64,000 nucleotides of DNA from Planctomycetota bacterium. GTDB taxonomy: Bacteria; Planctomycetota; UBA1135; UBA2386. The position numbers and the translations under genes are program-made. The DNA is taken from assembly GCA_965223545.1 (NCBI GenBank), contig OZ245006.1, positions 2,880,001 through 2,944,000 on the forward strand. The letters are read 5' to 3'. Every line of letters begins with the position of its first letter. The stretch's first letter is position 1. Positions 30,747 to 40,600 of the stretch are shown in pieces. The notes beneath the pieces are model-generated. The model ran no database searches. It was not told the origin of the DNA and saw only the letters and a program-made list of their open reading frames with translations.

Positions 30747-33083
30747 ATGACGCACGGCAACCGATCCCTGGAGACCACGCTCGCCCAGCACGCCCGCTTC
30801 GTGCGCGGCATCGCCACCGCCCTGACCCGCGACCACGACGTCGCCCACGACGCCGCAATGGCAGCGCTGCTGGCGCCATTGCCGACGGGAGTCCGCGACC
30901 CACGCGCTTGGTGGCGCCGCGTCGCGCAGAACGCCGTGCGCCGGCTGACGCGCGACCGCACGCGCCAGCGCTGGCACGAGGGCCGCACCGCCCCCCAGCC
31001 ATCGGCCCCACCGACCGCCGAAGTCGCGGAGAAGCACGAGCTCATCGAGAGCGTCGCCCGCGAAGTCGCCCGCCTGCGCGAGCCCTACCGCGCGACGATC
31101 CTGCTGCGCTTCTACGACGGGCTGTCCGCGCGCGAGATCGCCGAGCGCCAACAGGTCCCGCTCGCGACGGTGCGCAGCCGGGTGCAGCGCGGCACGGCGC
31201 AGCTGCGGGATGCCCTCGACCGGCGCCACCGCGATCGCGAAGACTGGCGCCCGGCGCTGGCTGCGCTGGCGCGACGGCCTATCCCGCTGACGCCGGCCAG
31301 CGGCCTGGCACGCCGCGTGCTGATCGGGGCGGCGGCCGCCGCCGCGGTCACTGCTCCTCTTCTCGTGTGGAGCGGTGCGACGCCGACTGGCCCCAACGCT
31401 GACCCGCTCCCGTCCGCCACCGTTCTCACCGAATGGGCCGACTTCGAGGGGGGCGACGCCCGCGCCGCGCGCGACGGCAGCCCCCCTGCAGCAAACCCCG
31501 TCGCGACAGTTCCCGCCCCGCCGCCGCGGACGGCGAGCGCGAGCACCGAGCCCCCTGTCTCGCCAATGCCGCCTCGCCTCACCTTCGTTCACGGCGTCGT
31601 CCTGGATCCGTGGGGGCAACCGCTGCCGAACGCCACGGTCTACCAGGGGACAGCCGATGCGTTGCGACCCGGCCCGGTCTCGGACGCCGACGGGCGCTTC
31701 GCGTTGGCGATCGAGCGCAGCTGTGCGTTCGCCGCCCTCCACGCGCAGCACGGCGCCAGCGGCAGGACGAACGTGGAGGTGTTTCAGACGCCGCTGCTCC
31801 ACATCCCGCCGAGCACCGCGGTCACTCTGCAAACCCGCGGCGATGGGGTCGGGGTCGCTGGCCTGATCGTCGATGAAACGGGCGTCGGCGTCGGCAACGC
31901 GACGGTGCAGATCACGCCATCCGCAGCAGGCGGTGACCCGGGCACACCGGCCGCGTTCGAGGTGCGAACGGACTCGGGCGGACGGTTCCGGCTGTTGGGG
32001 TTGGCACGCGGGTACCACCGCGTCACCGCCATCGACACGGGCGCTTGGACCGACGTGTATCTCAGGCCGGGCGCGACCGCGGAGGTGCGTCTCGAGCTGA
32101 CCGCCGGCGTCTCCATCCACGGAGTCGTGCGCGACGACAACGGTGCGTCGGTGCCGGACGCGGAGGTCGCAGTACAGTTGGACCGACACCACCGCACCGG
32201 CGAAACGTGGACCGACGAAGAGGGACGGTTCGCCCTCGAAGACGTGCCGGCGGGTCGGTGCCTGCTCGTCGCGATCGGCCCCCGGGGCCACCGCGCCGAG
32301 TGCTGGATCGACGCACTCCCAGGCCAAGCCGTCGAATGGCAGCCGACGCTTGGCCACGGTGTGATCTTGCGCGGGCACCTGCGCCACCCCGACGGCTCCC
32401 CGTGCGACGAGGTGCAGATCCGCGCGCACAGCGAGGCGGCTCCCGAGTGGCGCCGCACGGTCGAGCCCGCCGCGGACGGCAGCTTCGCGATTCCGCAGTG
32501 CCCCGGCCCCGTCCACCTCGAGCTCTGGTCGGGCGACGCCCCCGGCGACTGGCCCCTGCGTTCCACCGGGCCGCTGTCGCCCGGCGACAACCCACACCTC
32601 ATCGAGATCGACGACCGCGACTGGAGCGCGGAGGTCGCGGGACGCATCACGCCCGCCAGCGCGCTCGGCCGCCGCCAGCTGCGCCTCGAGCACGCGCTCG
32701 GCCAGCGGTCCGAACACCTGCAGGTCGACCCGGAAACCGGCGAGTTCGCGGCCGCCGGCTTTCCACCCGGCAGCTACCGCCTGGTCGTGACCGGTGAACC
32801 CTGGCAGTGGGCGCCGCTGGCCGAAGTCCGGCTGCGCAACGAAGAGCCCGCCGACGCCGGCACCCTCGTCCTGCCGCAGGACGGCACGCTGGTGCTCGAC
32901 GGCGCGGAAACGGCGCGCGCGTGGAGCCTGCATCGAGCCGAACCCGACCGCCTCCTGCTCCGCGGCGAGGGCTCGATCCGCTTGACCGTGCCGCCTGGAC
33001 GCTATCGGGTGGTCGCGGGTTCCGGCACGGCCGAGATCGAGGTCGGGGCGCGGGGCGCGCATCGACTCGCGGTGCCGCGCTGA
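30747..33083 (+). CDS. ECF sigma-70 factor fused to TM and carboxypeptidase-regulatory-like (Ig-type) repeats
   Basis: HARFVRGIA..DHDVAHDA (region 2); LREPYRATILLRFYDGLSAREIA..VPLATVRSRVQRG (region 4); hydrophobic segment; repeated G.V.D..G.P / TD..GRF.L units. Confidence 0.88.
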   Translation: MTHGNRSLETTLAQHARFVRGIATALTRDHDVAHDAAMAALLAPLPTGVRDPRAWWRRVAQNAVRRLTRDRTRQRWHEGRTAPQPSAPPTAEVAEKHELIESVAREVARLREPYRATILLRFYDGLSAREIAERQQVPLATVRSRVQRGTAQLRDALDRRHRDREDWRPALAALARRPIPLTPASGLARRVLIGAAAAAAVTAPLLVWSGATPTGPNADPLPSATVLTEWADFEGGDARAARDGSPPAANPVATVPAPPPRTASASTEPPVSPMPPRLTFVHGVVLDPWGQPLPNATVYQGTADALRPGPVSDADGRFALAIERSCAFAALHAQHGASGRTNVEVFQTPLLHIPPSTAVTLQTRGDGVGVAGLIVDETGVGVGNATVQITPSAAGGDPGTPAAFEVRTDSGGRFRLLGLARGYHRVTAIDTGAWTDVYLRPGATAEVRLELTAGVSIHGVVRDDNGASVPDAEVAVQLDRHHRTGETWTDEEGRFALEDVPAGRCLLVAIGPRGHRAECWIDALPGQAVEWQPTLGHGVILRGHLRHPDGSPCDEVQIRAHSEAAPEWRRTVEPAADGSFAIPQCPGPVHLELWSGDAPGDWPLRSTGPLSPGDNPHLIEIDDRDWSAEVAGRITPASALGRRQLRLEHALGQRSEHLQVDPETGEFAAAGFPPGSYRLVVTGEPWQWAPLAEVRLRNEEPADAGTLVLPQDGTLVLDGAETARAWSLHRAEPDRLLLRGEGSIRLTVPPGRYRVVAGSGTAEIEVGARGAHRLAVPR

Positions 33084-33144
33084 GGGCCCACGCGTTCCGC
33101 CACTCAGAGCGCAACAGGCCGCGGGTCCGGCTATCCTGAACGCA

Positions 33145-36100
33145 ATGCGCCGCCACCATGCCCCCACGGTCCGCAGCGCGGCCGTCGCCCTGCTCGCCGC
33201 AGTCCCCATTTCCGCGCAGCCCGGCCCCGGCCTCGGCAACCTGACCTACGCGGGCAACGAGCTGTTCCAGCCCGCGGCGGTCATTCGCAGCCAGAACGGG
33301 CACGGCACCGCACTGATGGTCAGCGGCTATCTGATGCTGGTGGACGCGGGCGACAACTCGCCCAATCCGATCGCGATCGAGTTCTGGGATCTGTCGAATC
33401 CGCGCGCGCCGCGGTTGGCGCACCGGCACGCCGACGGCAACACGGCTCGGCTGGGTGAGTCGCACAGCTTCGCCGTGAGCGGCGGCTACGGTGGCATGCA
33501 CGTCGCGTTCCAGTCGCGCCGCGGCGTGCAGATCTGGGAAGTGAGCAACCCGGCGGCACCGGTGTTCGAGAGCGAGCTGCAGCTGCCCAACATCCAGGGC
33601 GTGTACGGTTCGATCTGGTGGGTGTTCTGGCAGGCGCCATACCTCTACGTCGCGGGCAGCAGCGCGGGGCTGTACGTGGCCAAGGTCGACGACGTGCGCA
33701 ACCCGGTCTACGTGAAGACCATCCCGCCGAGCCAGCTCGCCGGCATCGCGCCGAGCCAGGTGTTTGCCTGCGGCAACTTGATGATCCTGCGCCAGAGCAA
33801 GGAGTTCGGCTTCGTCACGCTGAACGCCGAAGACCCGCTCAACCCCGTCTTCGCGCAGACCATCCGCGGCGAGCGCGGCTACAGCAGCATCTTCGCGGCG
33901 GGCAAGTTCATCACCTCGGGCGGCGACGGCGGCCCCGTGCAGATGCTGGTGCACGACGTCACGCACGGCGGCGCGATGTCGTTGGTCGGCAGCGCGGGCT
34001 CCGGCTTCAGCAACGGCGCCTACGGCTCCTACCAGGACGGGTTCTTCCACACCGGCATGTCCAATGTGTACGCGAAGATCGACGTCGCCGGCCTGTCCGT
34101 CGCCGGCACGGCGACCACGGGGATCGCCAACCGCGACGAGGACTTCTGTCAGGTGCTCGGCAACCTCGCCTTCGTCGGCGATGACCACGGGGTCGGCTCG
34201 GGACTGTACGTGCACGACACCGACCCGGACCGGCGCGGCCCCGACGTGCACTGGGTGCACCCCGCGGACGGCGCGACCGGCGTCGGTCTCTCCAGTCGCA
34301 TCGGCATATCGATGTCGGACAACGTCGACTTCGCCAGCCTCGACGGGTCCACGTTCGCGGTCCGACCGCTGGGCTCGAGCACTTCGATCTCCGGCGTACA
34401 CAGCGGGCAGATGGGGCTGTGCAACTTCACACCCGACCAGCCGCTGATGCCGGCGACGACCTACGAGGTGTCGGTCACCGGCGTGCGGGATGTCGCCGGC
34501 AATGCGGGAGGCTCCTTCCGCAGCACGTTCACGACGCGCCCCGCGGCGACCGGTGGTGCACCGGTGACCAACTTGGCGGCGGCCAGTGGCAAGGCCTACC
34601 AGAACGGCACCCTCGCCCAGGGGGCGCCGATGTACATCGACCGCACCTACAGCTACTCGGCGATGCCGCCGCGCTTCGACGGCCAGCCCTACGTGCTCAC
34701 TGCCAACGACGACAAGTTCGGCACGGGGCCGGCCTACGTGACGTTCGACCTTTCCGCCGCCTCGCAGGTCAACGTGTTGTACGACGAGCGGGCCACGCAG
34801 CTACCGGAGTGGCTCTCCGCCTTCACGCCGACGGGCGAGAACACCAGCGGCTTCGACGTCCATGCACGCACATACCCAGCGGGCACGGTCATTCTCGGCG
34901 GCAATGCCAACCCGCCGATGGCGGGCGCGCAGAGCATGTACACGGTCGTGGTCGTGCCGCTCAACACGCCGCCGCGCTGCGATCCGCCGACGTTGAACGC
35001 CACCGAGACCGGCGTGTCGGCAACCCTCACTGCCAACGTCGTCGGTGGAACACCACCGTTCTCCTACAGCTGGGACTTCGGCGACGGCAGTCCGCCGACG
35101 GCCCCGTCGAGCAACCCGGTCGCGACCCACACCTATGCCGACGCCGGTCGTTATCCGGTGGTCGTGCAAGTCACCAACGCGCTCGGCACGACCTCCTGCT
35201 CCGCGCTGCAGATCATCCATGATCCGGTCACCCCCACGCCCCCGGCCGCATCGACGACGATGCTCTACCACTCGGGGCGCGTCTACTGCGTCAACGCCGA
35301 TCAGGACACGGTGACCGCGTTCGGTGCGCCCACCATGCGCAAGCTGTGGGAGCTGCCGACCGGAGACCACCCGCGCACTCTGGCGCTCGCGGCCGATGAC
35401 GAGCTTTGGGTCGTCAACCAAGACGACGCGTCGATCTCGGTCTACGAGACCCGGTTCGGCACGCGCACGCGCGACATCGCCCTGCCGCGGGGCTCCCAAC
35501 CGTATGGCATCGCCTTCGCCCCCGACGGTTCGGCGGCGTTCGTCTCGCTGCAGGGCGTGGGCGGCGTGGTCAAGGTGGACCGCGACGGCCAGATCCTCGG
35601 CCGGAAGTGGCTCGACGGCCGCGCGCGGGGGGTCGCGGTCACCGCAGACGGCCAGCGCGTGCTGGTGACACGCTTCATCTCGACCGCACCTGCAACCACC
35701 GGGATGCTCTGGGAGCTGGACGCCGCCACGATGGCGACCCTGCGCGTCTTCCCGCTGCGCTTCGACCCCGGACCGGACACCGAGAGCAGTGGGCGGGGCG
35801 TGCCCAACTACCTGACCTCGGTCCGCATCAGCCCATCCGGCAACGCGGCACTGGTCCCGTCGAAGAAGGACAACACCGCGCGCGGCCTGTTTCGCAGCGG
35901 CGAGCCGCTGACCTTCGAGAGCCGCGTGCGCACGATCGTCTCGCGCCTCGATCTCGCGGCGGGCGTCGAGGACACCGCCGCCCGGATCGACCTCAACGAT
36001 CGGGACATGGCGCAAGCCGCGATCTACAGCCCGCTCGGCGACCTCTACTTCGTCGCCGCGCAGGGCTCCAACGTCGTCGACGTCTTCGACACGGCGAGCA

Positions 36101-37044
36101 ACGCACTGGTCGCCACCTTGCCGGTGGACCTGGCACCGCAGGGGCTCGCCATCGACAGCGACCGCGAGCGCCTGTTGGTGCACAATTTCATGTCTCGCTC
36201 GGTCACCGTGTTCGACATCGCCGCGATGCTGGCCGGCACGACCTACGTCGCGCCACGCCTCTACGAGGTCGGCACGACCGCGCGCGAAGCGCTCCCCGCA
36301 GAGGTGCTGGTCGGCAAGCAGATCTTCTACAACGCCGACGACCGGCGGATGAACCTGGACGGCTACCTCAGCTGCGCATCGTGCCACCTCGACGGCGGCG
36401 GCGACGGCCAGGTATGGGACTTCACGCAGAGCGGGGAGGGCCTGCGCAACACGATCCCGCTGCGCGGCCGCGGCGGGCTCAACCACGGCAACGTGCACTG
36501 GACAGCGAACTTCGATGAGATCCAGGACTTCGAGCACGACATCCGCGACGGCTTCGGCGGGCGAGGGTTTCTGACCGCGGCGCAGCTGGCGGCAGCATCG
36601 ACACCGCTTGGGCCGCCCAAGGCCGGCATGTCCGCCGAGCTCGACGCGCTCGCCGCGTACGTCGGCTCACTCGATGCGTTCGACGAGAACCCGTTCGCAC
36701 AGGCCAGCAGCCCGACGGCCCGTGTGCGCGGCACCTCGGGCAAGGCCATCTTCGATCGAATGCAATGCGCGCGATGCCACGTGCCACCGACCTACACCGA
36801 CGGCCTGCGCCACGATGTCGGCACGATCCAACCGTCCTCCGGTCTGGGCCTCGGCGCCCCGCTGCCCGGCCTCGGTTTCGAGACCCCGACCCTGCTCGGC
36901 CTCTGGAACTCCGCGCCCTATCTTCACAACGGCCAAGCCGCCAACCTTAGCGAAGTGCTCGACAACGCAATGCACGGCAACACCGACACGCTCACGCCTG
37001 ACGAACGCAAGCGGCTGGCGCGCTATCTCCTGCAGCTGCGATGA
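33145..37044 (+). CDS. Secreted multidomain protein: LVIVD-like propeller, Ig-like, PKD, YVTN propeller and di-heme cytochrome c domain
   Basis: Signal peptide; WDLSNP and WEVSNP repeats; YSWDFGDG..HTY (PKD); hemes CASCH and CARCH; TPTLLGLWNSAPYLHNG. Confidence 0.85.
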   Translation: MRRHHAPTVRSAAVALLAAVPISAQPGPGLGNLTYAGNELFQPAAVIRSQNGHGTALMVSGYLMLVDAGDNSPNPIAIEFWDLSNPRAPRLAHRHADGNTARLGESHSFAVSGGYGGMHVAFQSRRGVQIWEVSNPAAPVFESELQLPNIQGVYGSIWWVFWQAPYLYVAGSSAGLYVAKVDDVRNPVYVKTIPPSQLAGIAPSQVFACGNLMILRQSKEFGFVTLNAEDPLNPVFAQTIRGERGYSSIFAAGKFITSGGDGGPVQMLVHDVTHGGAMSLVGSAGSGFSNGAYGSYQDGFFHTGMSNVYAKIDVAGLSVAGTATTGIANRDEDFCQVLGNLAFVGDDHGVGSGLYVHDTDPDRRGPDVHWVHPADGATGVGLSSRIGISMSDNVDFASLDGSTFAVRPLGSSTSISGVHSGQMGLCNFTPDQPLMPATTYEVSVTGVRDVAGNAGGSFRSTFTTRPAATGGAPVTNLAAASGKAYQNGTLAQGAPMYIDRTYSYSAMPPRFDGQPYVLTANDDKFGTGPAYVTFDLSAASQVNVLYDERATQLPEWLSAFTPTGENTSGFDVHARTYPAGTVILGGNANPPMAGAQSMYTVVVVPLNTPPRCDPPTLNATETGVSATLTANVVGGTPPFSYSWDFGDGSPPTAPSSNPVATHTYADAGRYPVVVQVTNALGTTSCSALQIIHDPVTPTPPAASTTMLYHSGRVYCVNADQDTVTAFGAPTMRKLWELPTGDHPRTLALAADDELWVVNQDDASISVYETRFGTRTRDIALPRGSQPYGIAFAPDGSAAFVSLQGVGGVVKVDRDGQILGRKWLDGRARGVAVTADGQRVLVTRFISTAPATTGMLWELDAATMATLRVFPLRFDPGPDTESSGRGVPNYLTSVRISPSGNAALVPSKKDNTARGLFRSGEPLTFESRVRTIVSRLDLAAGVEDTAARIDLNDRDMAQAAIYSPLGDLYFVAAQGSNVVDVFDTASNALVATLPVDLAPQGLAIDSDRERLLVHNFMSRSVTVFDIAAMLAGTTYVAPRLYEVGTTAREALPAEVLVGKQIFYNADDRRMNLDGYLSCASCHLDGGGDGQVWDFTQSGEGLRNTIPLRGRGGLNHGNVHWTANFDEIQDFEHDIRDGFGGRGFLTAAQLAAASTPLGPPKAGMSAELDALAAYVGSLDAFDENPFAQASSPTARVRGTSGKAIFDRMQCARCHVPPTYTDGLRHDVGTIQPSSGLGLGAPLPGLGFETPTLLGLWNSAPYLHNGQAANLSEVLDNAMHGNTDTLTPDERKRLARYLLQLR

Positions 37045-37448
37045 TCGCAACCGTATCGGTCCGCCCGCCAGGACCAGGGCTGCACGAAGTCACCGCGAAG
37101 GTGCGCGAGACCGTGCGGCACAGCGGCATCGACGAGGGACTGTGCACCGTGTTCGTCCAGCACACGTCGGCGAGCTTGGTGATCCAGGAGAACGCCGACC
37201 CTTCGGCACGCCGCGACCTCGAAGCGTGGCTGGCGCGGTTGGTGCCGGAGAACGATCCGCTCTACACGCATACTCACGAGGGGCCGGACGATATGCCGAG
37301 CCACATCCGGTCGGCGCTGACTGCGACCTCGCTGGGCATCCCGGTGGTCGACGGCGACCTCGCGTTGGGCACGTGGCAAGGGCTCTTCCTCTGGGAGCAC
37401 CGCCACCACCCCGGCAACCGCCGGCTGCTGATCCACGTCGGCGTCTGA
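37041..37448 (+). CDS. yjbQ: YjbQ/UPF0047-family protein
   Basis: HTSASL.IQENADP, HTHEGPDDMPSHI, LGTWQGLFLWEHR; ATGA overlap with the upstream gene. Confidence 0.93.
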   Translation: MIATVSVRPPGPGLHEVTAKVRETVRHSGIDEGLCTVFVQHTSASLVIQENADPSARRDLEAWLARLVPENDPLYTHTHEGPDDMPSHIRSALTATSLGIPVVDGDLALGTWQGLFLWEHRHHPGNRRLLIHVGV

Positions 37449-37633
37449 CCCAGCGCGGGCCCGCGCGCCGCCGCATCGCCCCACGGTCACCGCACGATTG
37501 GGCAGCCTTCACCGTCCGCTGCCACGGCACCAATCGCGATCGTGTCCACTCCGACCTCGGTGTTTCCCGATGACCGCAAAGAGCGTCCGCATCGACTGCT
37601 GCGGATCTCGACAACGCATCCGAGGAACCACCA

Positions 37634-40600
37634 GTGGCCAAGCACGACTCGCCCGAACCCGGTCCGGAACCGCAGCGCCGCGGCAAATCCCGGCCAGCCC
37701 GCAAGGACAAGCAGCGCCGACGCGAACCGGCAAAGAGGCAACGGCTGCGCGGCGAGAGCATCGAGTCTCGCATTCTGCTCTCGGGCACTTGGATCGATCC
37801 GAGCACCGGAAACCCGCTGGCCGACGCCACGACCGGCGACGATCTGTACGAGGGCTCCCTCGCCGACGACGCCCCCAACTCGGCCGCGGGAGGCAATGAC
37901 ACACTTTGGGGGGCGGCGGGCGACGACACCCTCAACGGCGGGTCCGGCGACGACCTCGTGCTCGGTGGGTCGGGCAACGACACCCTAGACGGCGGATCCG
38001 GCAACGACACGATCCACGGCGGTAGCGGCGACGATGTGATCTACGGCGGCGGCGACGCCGATGTGCTGATCGGCGGTGGCGGCAACGACCAGCTGTTCGC
38101 CGAGTCCGGCAACGACGTGCTGCGCTTCACCGGCGCGCAAGACGGCGACCTCTACACGGTCGACGGCGGCGGCGACATCGACACGATCGACATCACCGAG
38201 TTCGGCAGCGGTGCCCTCCTCTCCGACGACGGGTCGACCATGGTCGTCGACCTCGGCGGTGGTGCTTCCTTCACCGTCAACTACACGAACGTCGAATCAA
38301 TCGTCACGGCCGACACCGGCGGCAACCACGCTCCGGATGCCAACGCCGGGGCTGACATCGTCGTGGACTCCGGCGTCGGCCAGTTCCTGACCGCCGCCCC
38401 GAGTTCAGACTTCGACGGCGACACGCTCACGTATCAGTGGACCCAAGTGCAGGGGCCGCATGTGACCCTGACAGGGTCTACGACGGCGACCCCGTCCTTC
38501 ACCGCCCCCACTGTGACCGAGCCAACCGAGATGGTGTTCGCGCTCGAGGTCTCCGACGGCACGACGACGCACATAGATACTGTCCGCGTGATGGTCACTC
38601 CGACGAACAGTGTCGGAGGCACCAGCGGCGCGGATTCACTGACGGGCACGGGAAACACCGCCGAGTACTTCTTCGGCTTCGACGGCGACGACACGATCAC
38701 CGCGCGCGGCGGCGACGACTACATCGAGGGTGGCGCGGGAGCGGACACCATCGACGGCGGCGCCGGAACCGACACCGTCAGCTACGCCGACGCGGAGGTC
38801 GGCATGACGATCGACCTCGTCGCGGGTACGGCGAGCGACGGCGACACGTTGTCGAACGTCGAGAACGTCGTGGGCACGGCCTACGACGACACCATCGTCG
38901 CCGACGGGAACCCAAACGTGATCGACGGCGGCGAAGGCCGCGACACGGTCTCGTTCGCCGGTGGCACGGCCATCGTCGCCGACCTCACGACCGGCAGCGT
39001 CGGCGACGACACGCTGATCGACGTCGAGGGAATCGTCGGCACCAGTGGCGCGGACACCTTCAGTCTGTCTTCACCGGTCGCCGGCGAAACCTACACGATC
39101 GATGGTGGCGCCGGCGGGTTCGACCAGATCGTACTCAGCGGCTACGCCTCGACGGCGGCGACGTTTGGCGATGGCTATGTCGACATCGATCTCGGCGGAG
39201 GGCAGTCGTTCCGCGTCGAGTACGCCAACATCGACTCGATTGCGTTCAGCGACGTCAACGCGGATGTCGTGACGAGTTCGATCAGCGTCAGCGGTCTCAA
39301 CGGCGAGCGTCTCTTCCTGAGCGGAGGCGACGCGGTACGGGTCAGCTACAGCGGTGCCGGTTCGATCGATGTCGACTACGACGGCACCACGGACACGCTT
39401 GCGGTCACGGGCTCGCCGGGAACTCTCAGCGGCAGTGCGCTGTCGATCACGGATCTCGACTCCGGTGACTTGACGATCTCTTCGATCCAAATCGACAGCG
39501 TGCTGTCTTCGCTGACGACCAACGTCGACGTCGGCACCATCAACTTTGCGGCCGCGGCGGAACTCACGAACGCGACCATCGCGGGCGGGGCCGGCACGGT
39601 CGATACGGTGTCGTTCTCAGGCCACCTGAGCAGCCCGACGACCGTCAACGGCAACGTCACGACGATGATCGTGGCGGGGACCATCTCCGGGAACGCACCG
39701 CTGACGATCAATGGCAACCTGGATGCGCTCAACGTCGTCTCGTCGGTCTACGGCGACGTGCACGTCACTGGCAACCTCGGTTCGCTATCGACCGCGAGCA
39801 TCGGCAACAGTCCGGCAACGGAGATCATCGTCGACGGTGACCTGGGCAGCCTGACAACCACGAGCACCTCGACCAACTACGGCTCGATCACGGTCGCCGG
39901 CTCCGCCGGGACACTGGACTTCGCCGGCGACCTCATCACCGACGTGAGTGTCGGCGGTAACCTGACCAGCCTCAGCGGCGTCAAGCACACTCACAACGGA
40001 AACTTGGTGGTCGGCGGCAGCGCGGGGTCGATCACTTTCACCGGCGGCGCGTTCGGACACTACTTGATCGAGGGAGACCTCGATGCGTTCTCCGCCGGCG
40101 AGCTGGTGGCCGTCGTCGTAGCCAATGGCGTCACGGGATCCCTGACGGTGACGAACGGGGCGTTCTCGGACACGTCGAACTACGCCACCGCGACGCGCAT
40201 CGAGTTCGACGGAGTGAACGACACCATCACTGCCTGGGCACCTCAGGCGGGCACGGCCGCGGGGGACAACCTGACGGGAACCGCCGGTGACGAGTTCCTC
40301 GACGGACAAGACGGCGACGACACGCTAGACGGCGGCGCGGGCGACGACGTCCTGCGCGGCGGTTCCGGCAACGACACGTTGATCGGCGGCGCAGGACACG
40401 ACGTCGCTGACTACAGCGACGCAAGCGGCGCGGTCACGGTGGATGTCACCGCGGGAACCGCGACCGGAGCGGCCGGCACCGACACTCTGTCCGGCATCGA
40501 GGGTGCAATTGGTGGCTCCGGAGTCGACAGGTTCGAGTTCTCCAACCCGGTCGACGGAATGACCTACACGGTCGACGGCAAGGATGCGGGATTGAGCACG

